64,000 nucleotides of DNA, taken from assembly GCA_000002445.1 (NCBI GenBank), contig CM000207.1, positions 2,272,001-2,336,000 of the forward strand, written 5' to 3'. The notes beneath the pieces are model-generated. The model worked only from the letters and a program-made list of their open reading frames with translations. It was not told where the DNA came from and made no database searches. Shown piece by piece: positions 20,101-31,273 of this stretch. This DNA comes from Trypanosoma brucei. Taxonomy: Eukaryota. Made by a program: the position numbers and the translations under genes. Every line of letters starts with the position of its first letter. Position 1 is the stretch's first letter.

Positions 20101-21183
20101 ATGCTAGGTAAATTGTATTGCGGAGCACGTGCTCACGAAATAATGCAACGGAGAGACATATTGAGGACATATAAGCATTTTTTGTTGTTACTGCTGTCGG
20201 GTGGGTGCACACCAGTTGTGCGCGAGGAGTCATGCACTAATCTTTGCTTTAATGTGTTGCTGATTCACTTTTATTTATATTTTCATGAAGTAGTAGTCAT
20301 GTTCGCTACGTTGGGGTCGTGGCCGCGGGGCATTCACGTCTTTTTGAATGAGACGACCAAAAGGAGCGTCGAACCGTGGTATTTGGGCTATGAAGAGCGG
20401 CGCCGTCTAACCCGGGATCCGCGAGTAGTTCGACAATTAGAATTGGAGGATGAGTGGAAGGACACCTGCCTGGAAGGTGTATGGATGGGATTTCGTCGAT
20501 TTGCTCGGCCTCTCAATGATTTCAAGATTACAGAAGCCTGTTTTCACGAGTATCTTTCTTTTGTGGGTATTTCCAATGAATATCTTAGAAACCGAATTAC
20601 CAGTCTTTTTAGGCTTGAAAATTCTGCGGAGATTGACTGCCTGCGGGTCTGCAAGGTTCTTTTTACGGGGCTAACGGAGGAGAGCACGTCTTCTAAATTT
20701 TTGGACCACTGCTTCCGGTGTATCCCATCGAACCCGGTTTCCGGTGACGTGGAGGTCGACATTGTGAAAAAGGCATGTGAGGCGCAACACGCTATTACTG
20801 ACAAAAAGTTCCCAACGGAACTACGGATACAGCAATTGGAAGGTGTTTTGAGGTATTTCAATGAGGCGGAAGAACCTAACTTTAATCTGGAGACGTTCAA
20901 GGATTTATTCTTCCATCCAGATTGGTGTTTATGGGCAAGCAGCTTCATCAAGTGCATATATGAGGCTGCAGCTAAGTACTTCAGTGCCCCTAATGGTATC
21001 TTACCACCTGTCCCGCTGCGGTGGATCAAAGCCGCCGAGCCACTGCCATTTGACCGCAATGACATTTACGATGCGGATGCCTTGCTCCTTAGGAATGTTG
21101 AAATATTAGGCAGGGAAAATGGTGATGTCAAGAAAAGACGCAAAAGCCCTGGAAAAGCACGGAGTTCGAAGAGGCGATCATGA
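20101..21183 (+). CDS. Hypothetical conserved protein. The likely true start is the internal ATG at 20299 (MFATLGSW...).
   Basis: It is a 360-aa ORF with a basic KKRRKSPGKARSSKRRS C-terminal tail. I recognise no family. Confidence 0.45.
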   Translation: MLGKLYCGARAHEIMQRRDILRTYKHFLLLLLSGGCTPVVREESCTNLCFNVLLIHFYLYFHEVVVMFATLGSWPRGIHVFLNETTKRSVEPWYLGYEERRRLTRDPRVVRQLELEDEWKDTCLEGVWMGFRRFARPLNDFKITEACFHEYLSFVGISNEYLRNRITSLFRLENSAEIDCLRVCKVLFTGLTEESTSSKFLDHCFRCIPSNPVSGDVEVDIVKKACEAQHAITDKKFPTELRIQQLEGVLRYFNEAEEPNFNLETFKDLFFHPDWCLWASSFIKCIYEAAAKYFSAPNGILPPVPLRWIKAAEPLPFDRNDIYDADALLLRNVEILGRENGDVKKRRKSPGKARSSKRRS

Positions 21184-21380
21184 GGTGGACGATATGCTCC
21201 CCCCCTGTGGCAAGCACCTGGTTAACTCCCTGTGGACTTATGTACACCAAATAATTTCACTGTGGCCCTTGACTTGTACATGTGCGCACGGGAAACCTAT
21301 TATCCAGTGTCCGTTTTATGTCCTCCCATCCTTACATTCTCTTGTACTATTTTTTTTTTCAAAACTGCAGTTGAACTACA

Positions 21381-22988
21381 ATGGATTACCGTAATGATAT
21401 CCAACAGTTAGCTCGGGCGCATCAGTTTCGCCTTCACCCCCTCGCTCTAAAGGGACTGTCTGACTACCTCGCCACTCTCAACGGCAATATCGACGCGCAA
21501 CGTAACGCGCTTCGTGACATTTTTGCGCTTCTTCATAGGGCTTGCGGCTTGGAAAGATTTGTGGACGGTGAAAAAGTGAAATCTGTTGTATCTTTGCATT
21601 CATCTAAGGTACAGGGGGCGATCGACGGTGTTGTGCCGACTGTTGATGTGCTATCGCTGGATGACACGCCCTATGCGTATATTGATGAGTGGAGCGGCGA
21701 GGTAAGAGTACAGTCAACGCGACAACACGGTGATCGGTTCACAGTACTTAACCAACGCTACCTTTTTGCCAGAAAAAGGTGCTTAAGGAGTGGCTTGTTC
21801 TCCCGGGATTCTAGCAAGCAACCAATAGACCAAGGGCTCCCCTCCCTCGTCCCCTCAATTGCCCTCGAAGGGATCGACCCCTCTGACACCGTAGCCGTTC
21901 TGGGAATGCTCGTCAAACATTCCAGCGCAACATATTTGGAAGACATCTACGGTCGCGTCAAGCTTATCATGCGTGGGTGTGTGCACCCTCCTGTTGGCGT
22001 CGTGGGAGAAGGATTTTTCGTTGTGGTGAAGGGGCAGTGGGTTGGTGGATTGTTTGTTGTGGCTAGCGTAGACCTCCCGCCCGCAGAGAGGCGCGAAGAC
22101 ACACTGAGGGTCGTTGGCTCTGATTTTGATCTTTTCGGTCGACGCCCCGATGACGTTGTGGCGGCATTTAGGCGGGAGAAAACTTCGTTGGGCTCTGTGG
22201 TAATCGTGATGTCGCAGATTCACCTTGACCAGCGCTCAACCGTCGATAGTCTCATAAGTTTCTTCAGAGAAATGCAAAACCGGTCGGAAGCTGAGCTGAC
22301 AGATACTACACTGGTTATGGTCGGCGAGTTTTGCTCCAGCCCGATTCACTACGATGACGTTTCACATCTTCCCGAACCCTTCGAAGGCTGTGATCGCTAC
22401 AGATCACTTATGAACATTCTCGCGACTGTAATTACTGTTCATGCGCCGAGCGTTGCGCAACTCACACAGGTGGTTATTGTTCCTGGGTGTGGCGACATTA
22501 CGGGTCTTCTTGGCGTTTTACCACAGCCACCTATTGTCAGCACATTTGGCAAAGTTTTGCAGGCGCGTTTGAAGAAGGTTGTCTTAGCCCCTAACCCTTG
22601 CCGGCTGCGCTTCTTCACGCACGAAATGATAGTAGTTCGTCGGGATTTCTCTCGGTCGCTGCGGGAGAAGGAGCGCACATTCGAGTGGTCCCGGCATGAG
22701 GCATCCACGCCTGTTATTTCCTTTGAAAGTATTGCAAAGACTATCCTGGACGAGGCGCACTTGGCGCCGGGGGTGACGGAGGGGATTTTGTGGAAAGCAG
22801 ATAAGGCACTCTGCCTACCAGTGCTTCCACATCTTCTCGTTATGTGCGACAGCACAGAACAGTGGGAGTGTTCCTACAAGGGGGTTCGTATCGTCAACCC
22901 AGGGCCATTCTCGCTCGGGAAGACATTTCTGTGGTATACGCCAGCTGATGGGGAGTGTAGCCTGAGCAGTGTCGACGACCAAGTATGA
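21381..22988 (+). CDS. DNA polymerase epsilon (alpha/epsilon family) subunit B-like protein.
   Basis: VLGMLVKHSSATYLEDIYGRVKLIMRGCVHPPVGVVGEGFFVVVKGQWVGGLFVVASVDLPPAERRE resembles the OB-fold/phosphoesterase-like core of B-subunits (LED..G.V.L...G.F.EG..V...G.Y.DG.F.V.....PP.E.R). VIVMSQIHLD and LVMVGEFCSSP follow downstream. Confidence 0.55.
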   Translation: MDYRNDIQQLARAHQFRLHPLALKGLSDYLATLNGNIDAQRNALRDIFALLHRACGLERFVDGEKVKSVVSLHSSKVQGAIDGVVPTVDVLSLDDTPYAYIDEWSGEVRVQSTRQHGDRFTVLNQRYLFARKRCLRSGLFSRDSSKQPIDQGLPSLVPSIALEGIDPSDTVAVLGMLVKHSSATYLEDIYGRVKLIMRGCVHPPVGVVGEGFFVVVKGQWVGGLFVVASVDLPPAERREDTLRVVGSDFDLFGRRPDDVVAAFRREKTSLGSVVIVMSQIHLDQRSTVDSLISFFREMQNRSEAELTDTTLVMVGEFCSSPIHYDDVSHLPEPFEGCDRYRSLMNILATVITVHAPSVAQLTQVVIVPGCGDITGLLGVLPQPPIVSTFGKVLQARLKKVVLAPNPCRLRFFTHEMIVVRRDFSRSLREKERTFEWSRHEASTPVISFESIAKTILDEAHLAPGVTEGILWKADKALCLPVLPHLLVMCDSTEQWECSYKGVRIVNPGPFSLGKTFLWYTPADGECSLSSVDDQV

Positions 22989-23214
22989 CATTTCATACTG
23001 TTCACCAACCCATAGACAACGTCATTTATTGACTTCCCCTCCCCCTTTCTCATTGGTTTAAACCCCATTAACCACCGCAGGGGCATACTCACTGAGTGGC
23101 CGTCGAATTCTGCCTCTTTGCCGTTACCTCTCATCTCCCCATACCGCCGATACTGTGCTATCTCTATTTGACGCTTCCTACACCCTTCTTACCTCGTTTA
23201 ACAAGGGTTGACTG

Positions 23215-24072
23215 TTGGCTCGCCGTGTGATGAAGCGCGCGCGCAAAGTGTACAGTGATGACGATGAGGAGCGGTGCAAGAAAGTGGTAGACTTCATACG
23301 GTCCCTACGGTTTTCCATCCCACTCTACCGCCTGCGGGAGCAGAATGACCGCAGACTCTGCCCAAAGTGCGGCAGGCGCCGTCAGTATTACTGCTACGAT
23401 TGTCTGATAGTGGTGCATCCGGAGAGCCAACCCCCACCCTTGAAGCTTCCACTTAATGTGTATGTCATCCTCCACCCTGGCGAAACGCGGGGTAAGAGCA
23501 CAAGCCTGGCCGCATCAACTATTTCACCGGACTTGCACATCATCGATTACCCTCACGTGCCTACTGATCTTGAACCGAAAGCGACGCTGTTGCTCTATCC
23601 CAGCACCGATAGCACGGAGCTGGAAAGCTTAGAGAACTTGGATTCTTGTAAGAACGTTGTATTCATTGACGGAACGTGGCAGCAAAGCAAGGCGATGGCT
23701 CGTGACGAACGGCTCTCTAAATTTAGGCATGTACGGATAAAGGCACAGACTTCGCTCTTCTGGCGCTTCCAGAATAATGATCCCACTTATTTGGCAACAG
23801 TGGAGGCCATTTACTACTTTCTGCGCGAGTTCATATCACAGAACAATAAACGGCGTGCTGGATGCCAGCCACCGTATTATAATGGAGATGTCGATGACAT
23901 ACTTTATTACTACATCAACCAATATATCGCTGTGCAGCAGCGCTACTGCAAGAGCGAATTGGAATACACAACAAGACACTTCGACAGCTATATTATTCGC
24001 TGCTTTTCATGGGATCAGCTAGTTGCCAAACCTTCGGAAAGCGCTCCCGTGGTCAACCACAGAACTTCGTGA
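23215..24072 (+). CDS. DTW-domain protein (DTWD1/TDD-superfamily tRNA-uridine aminocarboxypropyltransferase-like).
   Basis: It has an N-terminal CPKCGRRRQYYCYDC zinc-ribbon-like motif and a VVFIDGTWQQSKAM D-T-W motif. Confidence 0.7.
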   Translation: MARRVMKRARKVYSDDDEERCKKVVDFIRSLRFSIPLYRLREQNDRRLCPKCGRRRQYYCYDCLIVVHPESQPPPLKLPLNVYVILHPGETRGKSTSLAASTISPDLHIIDYPHVPTDLEPKATLLLYPSTDSTELESLENLDSCKNVVFIDGTWQQSKAMARDERLSKFRHVRIKAQTSLFWRFQNNDPTYLATVEAIYYFLREFISQNNKRRAGCQPPYYNGDVDDILYYYINQYIAVQQRYCKSELEYTTRHFDSYIIRCFSWDQLVAKPSESAPVVNHRTS

Positions 24073-24293
24073 ATCCGCGCTGATATGCTGCGGAAAATTG
24101 TGCTGTGTTGAATGGGAGTATCCAGCGTTTAAGCCGCAGTACGGCTACTCAGATGCCGCCTGGCCACCTGGGGTTAAAACTTTGTTCTGCGTGGGTAGGC
24201 TGTTGAGTACTCACTTGGCCATCCTCTCCATTCCCTTCTCCCCCTTTCTTTCACTTAGTTTAGTCGTTTCCTTTCTTTGGAAGCCACCATTGG

Positions 24294-25682
24294 TTGATGC
24301 CACCAAAGAAGGAAGCAGCGGCAGCGAAGGCCAAGGGATCAGGAAAGGGTGGGAAGGGGAAGAAGCAGGCACCTGAACCTCCATTGGTGGACGGGAAGCC
24401 GCCGCCAGATGGACGTCAACTGTGGCTTGCCACCGATGCCCTCCAAAAGGCAAAGGCGATGCGGAACTATTTTCAACTTGAACGGGACCGCATTATATCC
24501 TTCTGGGAGATTTCAAAAAAGCAGTTGGGGGAGTTGAAGGCATCCTGTCGTCAACGTGACCGGGACAAGGCGGAGGCCGAGGAGCGACACGAGGTAGAAA
24601 AGAAGGTTTTTAAGCAGAAAATTCGGCATCTGCTGTACGAGCACCAGCTGCAACTGGCTGAAATGACAAGTGAGGCCGAACGGACCCTTGCAATTCGTGA
24701 GGAGGAATATCGGCAGAAGGAAAGGAATGCAGCTAGAGAAATCCATGACGGTAAGTTACTGCTGCGTGAACAAGAAAACGAGCACCGAGAAATGACTTCA
24801 GCCCTCATCGCCGCACACGACAAGGCAATTGCAGAGCAGCAGCTTTCGTTTGAGCGCAAAATGAAAGAAATTCATCTTATGTTCGAGAAAAAGACGAGAG
24901 ATTTGCGCGAGGAGATGGATCAACAGTGCCGGGAGGAAGTTGGTCTGGTTGAGAAGCGGAAGGCGGATCACATCGCTGAACTTCGTGAGATGCACGAACG
25001 TACATTTAAGGAGATGAAGGACTACTACAGTGAGATCACGTCGAACAACATGGAAATGATTCGCACGTTGAAGGATGAGGTGTATGCCCGAAAGCGAACG
25101 GAGGCACACAATGAGCGGGCAATGATGGATGTGGCGCAGCGTAACCGGAAGTTAACAGAACCCCTAGCGAAGTTACAACGGCAGAAGCGGGAACTTGAGC
25201 AGGAACTTGTTAATTATGCAAGTGACAAGGAAAAGTTGAAGGCAATGAAGGCCGAGGTGCAGCAGTGTGAGCAGGAGTTGCGGTCGCTTTCGTGGGAACA
25301 TGAAGTACTGTTTCAGCGCTTTGGCAAGTTAGAAGAGGACCGCGACATCATCCTCAAAAAGTATAATGACATGTTGCAGGAGATCCAGCAAAAAGCAACG
25401 TTTAGGCGTGTTCTTATTCAAAGCAAGCTGGAACTTGTGCAAACACAACTAGAGGGGCGTGACGCTCGGCTGACGGAACTGTTGAGAAGGGCCAACATTG
25501 ATCCTGACGGTATCAGTGAGATTGAGCGCCGTGTTCGTGATTTGTCGATAGAAAAAGATGCGATAATTGGAAATCTTCAGCATCTCATTGGGCATCTAGC
25601 CGACAAGCAGCAGGCACTTGTGTCAGCGTACGAGAAGTATTTGAAGGGCTACGGCATCACGGGATCAAGCAGCACCCTGTAG
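24294..25682 (+). CDS. GAS8: Trypanin / GAS8 (dynein regulatory complex subunit 4, DRC4) homolog.
   Basis: The start is MMPPKKEAAAAKAKG. AMRNYFQLERDRIISFWEISKKQL...EAEERHEVEKKVFKQKIRHLLYEHQ and SWEHEVLFQRFGKLEEDRD closely match human GAS8 (RNYFQLERDKIHTFWEI...[36 protein letters not shown]). Confidence 0.9.
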   Translation: MMPPKKEAAAAKAKGSGKGGKGKKQAPEPPLVDGKPPPDGRQLWLATDALQKAKAMRNYFQLERDRIISFWEISKKQLGELKASCRQRDRDKAEAEERHEVEKKVFKQKIRHLLYEHQLQLAEMTSEAERTLAIREEEYRQKERNAAREIHDGKLLLREQENEHREMTSALIAAHDKAIAEQQLSFERKMKEIHLMFEKKTRDLREEMDQQCREEVGLVEKRKADHIAELREMHERTFKEMKDYYSEITSNNMEMIRTLKDEVYARKRTEAHNERAMMDVAQRNRKLTEPLAKLQRQKRELEQELVNYASDKEKLKAMKAEVQQCEQELRSLSWEHEVLFQRFGKLEEDRDIILKKYNDMLQEIQQKATFRRVLIQSKLELVQTQLEGRDARLTELLRRANIDPDGISEIERRVRDLSIEKDAIIGNLQHLIGHLADKQQALVSAYEKYLKGYGITGSSSTL

Positions 25683-25715
25683 GTTGAATTACGGAATAGG
25701 TACGCTTAGAAGTTG

Positions 25716-25740
25716 TATATATATATATATATATATATAT
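25716..25740. repeat. (TA)12 microsatellite in the trypanin 3' flank.
   Basis: Read directly from the sequence. Confidence 0.9.
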
Positions 25741-25960
25741 GCCCATGTATTCTCACATCACCATGTACTCCCTTCACTCCTCGGCCACCGCCACTCACGA
25801 TGGTACTGCTCAAGAATGGGTGAAATCAACTTCTTTGAACTGGACGCTGAATTGGCTACGTAGTTTTTTTTCCCCTTCTAATGTCCTGGTCGCCGCGACC
25901 ACTTTTTTTTTCAGATCAAGTCTTCCCTCTGTTCGTTGACACACTCGAAGGTTAGAAGAA

Positions 25961-26719
25961 GTGATGCCAGTGTACGATGTGGCCGTCAGTAAGAGCAAGA
26001 AAAGGAAGCTCAGCACTGATGGGGTTGACCCTCCTCCAGTGCGGGGGGAAGAGCGGCGCCGAGTGGAAAAACAGGTTGAGACGGCACCCGCCGACAATAG
26101 GGAAGGAAATGGGAATGCTGAACGACTCACCACTGTTGAGTTCAGTGAGCCGGCACAATGGGTAGAGAGAATGGCTCTTACGTCGACAAAGCCGTTGCCT
26201 TCTGACCTGAACGCCGACGATGACCCGAAACGTGAGGAAGCCTTCATTCAACAGGCATTGCTCTCGGTTGTGCGTGGTATATCGCTACTCGAGGCGGGAG
26301 ACGTTCCTTGGAAGCGCCCCGACGACTACTATGCCGAAATGTTCAAAGATGACGTGCAGATGAGTCGCATCGCATCTGCAATGGAGAAGTCGAAGGCCCG
26401 AATTGAGGAGCGCGCCCACCGGCGTGCTATGAAGGACCAGAAGAAGTATGGCAAAGAGGTCCAGGCGGAGGTTCTTCGCCAACGCGCCAAGTACAAGCGC
26501 GACATGGGGGCTCGCATAAGCGAGTGGCGCCGTAAAAGGAAAGGAAATGAGGACTTGGACGACATTCTCAATGCTGATGAGACGACTAGCGGCTCAAAGG
26601 GGAGAGGAGCTGCGAGAGGGGTACGTGGCGGGGGCACAACTCGGGCCCCTCGGCAGAAGAATCTACGACCAGGAGGTGTGAAGCGTCGTCCTGGTAAGAA
26701 CGCACGACGGAGGCGCTAA
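25961..26719 (+). CDS. EBP2: Nucleolar rRNA-processing protein EBP2-like.
   Basis: WKRPDDYYAEMFKDDVQMSRIASAM matches the Ebp2 signature (RP.DYFAEM.KSD.HM.K). Lys/Arg-rich tails are also present. Confidence 0.7.
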   Translation: MMPVYDVAVSKSKKRKLSTDGVDPPPVRGEERRRVEKQVETAPADNREGNGNAERLTTVEFSEPAQWVERMALTSTKPLPSDLNADDDPKREEAFIQQALLSVVRGISLLEAGDVPWKRPDDYYAEMFKDDVQMSRIASAMEKSKARIEERAHRRAMKDQKKYGKEVQAEVLRQRAKYKRDMGARISEWRRKRKGNEDLDDILNADETTSGSKGRGAARGVRGGGTTRAPRQKNLRPGGVKRRPGKNARRRR

Positions 26720-27295
26720 TACATGCGATAGGGCCTGGGTCGAGTAGGAAAGAGGAGGAAAGGAAGCTCCCTCACCACTTTTCTTTTCCTCAATTAAGTG
26801 CTTTGTGACGTTATTTGTTCTCGATTAACAAGTGTGCGGCTGTAAGTAGGGTGGGGGGGGGAGGAGGAAAGGCTACAAAGGTCGTTTCGGCGCGGGGCTC
26901 CTTGTTCACCCCCATTGTTTCTTTATATAATATAATATATATATATATTATATGTAACGTCTCCCACTGTACGCGTTGAGGATCGTTCAGTGAGGACCCC
27001 GTGCTGCGTAAGGGAAGAGGTGAAGTGCTCTAATAATCTTTCCTTTCACCACACCTGTAGAGCGCTAGTTGCCCTAACTGTCTCCGAACTCATCTTAATT
27101 CCCCCCTTTCATTCGTTTTCCCCTCCTTTCTTTGTATTGCCTATTTTGTTTTGTTTTTCTCTCCCGTCTTCAAGTCCATTGGCGTTAAATAGGGGAGACG
27201 AAACCCATATACATATTGTTGTTACTCTTATTTTTTTTTCTGAAGGGTGACGGGAAAAAGTAGGAGGTAAAAAAGAGGATACTAATAAAATTTAA

Positions 27296-29548
27296 TTGCA
27301 CATCCCTTATTTCTTTTCGTCACGCAGATTTTGCATGCCGTGGCAGTGGCTCCCAGAATTTGTCATTCAGCGTGGTGATGGCAATACAAGTTATACCTCC
27401 ACGAGAGGCAAACTTTCTGACCCGTATGACCTTATCACAGAACATGGGCGGGTTATGTCGCTAACCTCCGCAGATAAACATCTTCTGGAAGTGACTGTTG
27501 TCTGCAAAGGTATACCAAAAAAGTTCCGAGGATTCCGAGACGGTGTGCCGCTACATTTCGTTCTCAAGTCTACTCTATCACAGCTTGGTATTAAACCTGA
27601 GGACGAGAAAATCAAGTTAAACTGCAGCTTGCAAGAGGTAGAGGTCCACGTGAAGCTGAGAGCACTTTCGCCGCTTGCTGTCGTGGCACTGAGCAACATT
27701 AGGGTGGGCGCACATATTGGCAAACTCTTCGCTGCGGAGGGAGTCCGGCGGGTGCGAGAGACTGCCTACGTTGATCGGTTGCTTAACATGATGAACTGTG
27801 GTGGCGAGTTGCTTCTCAAGTACAACGGCAGTTCGGGATCATCTTTTGATGTGAGGCTTGTGGGGGGCCGCGCCGTTGTTTTCCTTCCTCTTCGTAACGG
27901 TGCTTCAGTGTACGGTGACGATGTGCACGGTTTTATCCCAACCATCGGCATGGCGTTGAAGGAGGGCGTGAAGTGCAAGTATCTCCTTCGCCTGCATCAA
28001 CGACACTGCGAAGGTATGCCCCGTGTGGCGCGTCCAGGTGAAATGCTTATTGTTTGTGGTTACTCGCTGTGTATGCGCACGATGTTCGCCCGTGTGGTAG
28101 AGGAGCTGCTTCCTAAGGGTCTAAAGTTGATTGGACCCGGAATCCTAGAGCCCAGCCCGTGTGGAGTAACTGAGCCTCAAGACATCGCTTTTGCGTTTTA
28201 TGGGGACTCCACGGAGGAGCTTACACATATCCCAATGGAGTTCTTCACGTTGGAGTCGTACCGTGAACATGTGCCTTATGCCCTACGTAAGACTCTCAAG
28301 CAACGCTGTGAGTCCAAAAAGGACGTTCTCCGTGCCTTCAAGACAATGCCAAGGGCGAAAATGTGCTGCTGCACTTTCATCACCAAGGGCGGGCAGTTTA
28401 ACGAGCTGGAGCAGAATGACTGGGTGACAGCAGAGCCTACGGACATTTCATATCGCGATCACGATACGCCGGAGCAGCGTCACGAACTCGCCCAGCAGAA
28501 CATTTATCAACAATGTGAATATGGCATTCTCTCAGCAATTGCCGCCGGTGATATAACCAGTGAGGGTGTTCTTCTAACAAGAAACCTTCCGTCTCCCTCT
28601 TTAAAGTCACTGGTTCTCTCCTGCAGCGTTGCACAGAGGGTTCGGGCCATATACTTCTCCAGGGCTTCCGGACGGCATGGCAATTTCTTCAGTCAGGATG
28701 ATCATGCCTTCCTGACCGATTTGGATACGTTCGGGATCGATGTGTTTTTCGTTGATATGAAGCGGGAGACCATCCTTCAATATGTCCGCCGACCGGACCG
28801 TGACGTTGGGGTGTTTGCCCCGACCGAGAAGCGTAGGGAATATCTGCTTGCAACTTTCTTTGGCGTGTACGGCTCAAACCTTGTGGAGGGTACCTTTGAA
28901 GACGAACTCCATTACCTTTTTAAGGGATTACTGACACTGAAGGAAGAATGTAAACATCCTCAGCTAAACCCTAAGACATCGCTCGCACTTGTTACGGGGG
29001 GCGGCCCAGGAGCTATGGAAGTCGGAAACCGGGTTGCGAAGAATCTGGGCATCCTGTCCTGTGGTATGTTGGTTGATTTTGCCTCACTCTCGGGCAAACC
29101 TGGAGCAACCATCAACGAGCAGGTTCAAAACCCGTACGTGGAGGCATTTATGACATACCGTTGGAACAAACTCGTGGAACGCCAGTCGGACTTCAACCTG
29201 GACTTTCCCATTTTCTTGATGGGAGGCATCGGCACAGACTTCGAATATGCACTGGAAGAGGTGCGGCGTAAGGTGGGTGCTGTTGCTCCGACACCAATTA
29301 TTCTTTTCGGATCACGCGAGCACTTCGAAAGCAAGATAACAGGTCGCTACCAAGCGAATTTGCAAAACGGCACCATCAGGGGCTCCGAGTGGATCTCAAA
29401 CGTGCCGTGGGTCGTAGGCACGGGACGGGAGGCGCTGGAAATTTACGTCCGGTACTTTAGCGGGAGGCTGCCGGTAGGTCCCGGTAATCCGTCCAACGAG
29501 CTCGGCTTCGTGATTGCCGCGGAGTATTTAGCCAATAACCCTAGTTAA
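27296..29548 (+). CDS. Hypothetical 750-aa protein with a C-terminal LOG-family (lysine-decarboxylase-like, PpnN/YgdH-type Rossmann) domain. The start may instead be the ATG at 27335.
   Basis: LALVTGGGPGAMEVGNRVAKNLG and IFLMGGIGTDFEYALEEV match the LOG motifs GGGxGxMxA and PGGxGTxxE. Confidence 0.6.
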   Translation: MHIPYFFSSRRFCMPWQWLPEFVIQRGDGNTSYTSTRGKLSDPYDLITEHGRVMSLTSADKHLLEVTVVCKGIPKKFRGFRDGVPLHFVLKSTLSQLGIKPEDEKIKLNCSLQEVEVHVKLRALSPLAVVALSNIRVGAHIGKLFAAEGVRRVRETAYVDRLLNMMNCGGELLLKYNGSSGSSFDVRLVGGRAVVFLPLRNGASVYGDDVHGFIPTIGMALKEGVKCKYLLRLHQRHCEGMPRVARPGEMLIVCGYSLCMRTMFARVVEELLPKGLKLIGPGILEPSPCGVTEPQDIAFAFYGDSTEELTHIPMEFFTLESYREHVPYALRKTLKQRCESKKDVLRAFKTMPRAKMCCCTFITKGGQFNELEQNDWVTAEPTDISYRDHDTPEQRHELAQQNIYQQCEYGILSAIAAGDITSEGVLLTRNLPSPSLKSLVLSCSVAQRVRAIYFSRASGRHGNFFSQDDHAFLTDLDTFGIDVFFVDMKRETILQYVRRPDRDVGVFAPTEKRREYLLATFFGVYGSNLVEGTFEDELHYLFKGLLTLKEECKHPQLNPKTSLALVTGGGPGAMEVGNRVAKNLGILSCGMLVDFASLSGKPGATINEQVQNPYVEAFMTYRWNKLVERQSDFNLDFPIFLMGGIGTDFEYALEEVRRKVGAVAPTPIILFGSREHFESKITGRYQANLQNGTIRGSEWISNVPWVVGTGREALEIYVRYFSGRLPVGPGNPSNELGFVIAAEYLANNPS

Positions 29549-30463
29549 GAGCCGAAAATATGGGAAGCATTGGAGAAAATTGGGGGGAGGGGGAAGGATG
29601 TGTAAAATAAAGTAGCTAAATGAAGGGGATGGGAGTATACAAATCAAAATTAAGAACGGTGATACGTGTTGTAACGCGCCATATATACGTATATGTGTGT
29701 ATGTATATATGTATTTGTTTCTGTGTTTATGTGTGTATATACGTGCTTGTACAATCACTGTCCGTGCTGTGGGAACTGCTTTTTCTCCTTTGGGTTTGCC
29801 TTCTGCCGTTTTTTTTTGCGTAAAGTGTAGCAACAGGGGTGGCAATTCTCCTTCGTTGCTGTCGTCCTCCTCGTCTCTGTATGTAGACTTGGGTGAAAGC
29901 GGGATCGAATGAACGGGTGAGCAGAACGTGGGGGAGAGTAAAATGGCCCTCCAAGCTGCGGCATGCTCATGTTTTATGTTTGTAACTCACCCATACTGTG
30001 TGTTTCCCTCCATTCTTCCCTCTGTCTATTTTCTTCGGTCTTTCTTTTGTTGTTCTTGTTGTGATCCGGCTGAGGTATCACCACGACTATTTTTACTTTA
30101 TTGGTTGCTTCTGGTGTTTTCGTTACTTCCCTCGCCGCCATGTGTTTACCATATACCCAATCATATATAGCAGCCTGGAGGACCTGGTCTCTCAGGGAAT
30201 GAAACCCTTTTTTTTCTCTTCACTCTTTCGCTCTCCCCACATCTTTTCCAACAACAGCACTGTGGTAGCTTCCATCACGAGGCCTTGGGTCTTCCCTACT
30301 TCATACAGTTGCCTGCTGTCCCCCTTCTCTTTCTTAACTTCTTTTACGCACATTAGTTTGTGGTTAGGGCGCACAGTAGTACGTGTGAAGGCAGCCGTTG
30401 CCGAATTTTTAGCGTCTTTTTTTTTCGTTTGTCCTTTGCTGATATCCGCTCCATATCGCTCCC

Positions 30464-30811
30464 ATGAGGCCCCTCCGCGCGTGGTTTGCCATGTGCCTCG
30501 TAGCGATTTTGTTGTTTACCGTCGTTGATGTGTCGGCGCTCTATGTGCGCGGGAAAGCAACTCGCGCCATTTTTATCGCTGTTATGGCGTCATCAGTATG
30601 GATATGCTATGTCCTGCTTCTCTTCATCTTCCTCTACCGGCCTTTGCGTCGTTGTACTGCTTTGTACCGAACGGGTTGCTGTTGCCGCAATGGCAGTAGT
30701 GCAGCGAATAATGGTGTTCGATTGTGGTTCAAGGAGCAACACAGTCTCGACGTGTGCGTTGAAGAGCTGCGGAATGGTATGGTGGACATTGAAGGATTAA
30801 AAAGAACATGA
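30464..30811 (+). CDS. Possible small membrane protein (115 aa, two hydrophobic segments). It sits in an intergenic gap of about 1.7 kb and is speculative.
   Basis: It is the only same-strand ORF longer than 100 aa in the gap, and it has hydrophobic stretches (FAMCLVAILLFTVV; VWICYVLLLFIFLY). No homology was recognised. Confidence 0.2.
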   Translation: MRPLRAWFAMCLVAILLFTVVDVSALYVRGKATRAIFIAVMASSVWICYVLLLFIFLYRPLRRCTALYRTGCCCRNGSSAANNGVRLWFKEQHSLDVCVEELRNGMVDIEGLKRT

Positions 30812-31273
30812 TGCCTGTGAATACATTTGTATGAGCATGGAAGCGACATACCAGTGATCCTGGTGGCGGCCATTATCGATATCGTTTCGATTATTCATCG
30901 TTGGTGTTTTGGTTTCCCCCTTCTTTCTTGTCAGGATTTATGTGCCATGCGGCTCGATAGTGTTTGCGAGCCACAGTTCCGCACGTTTCACCATCCTCGT
31001 TGTTGACTCGTGAGACCTCACCAGTTAAGTTAGTGCTAGAGTGCGCGCACGCAGACGAAGCCTCGGTATGTGCCTTCAAAAGAAAATAAATTTGCAACCT
31101 ACCTGTAAGCAAACACACACACACACACACACTTTGGGTTGTATTTTTCTCAGAGCTTAGTGAGTATGCACACACTGCGATTGTCTCCTCCTGTTTTCAT
31201 AAATTTAACGCACCGTTCTTCGACTCGCTAACAAAAGTAGGTAATTGATCGCGTACACACACGGACAGTAATA

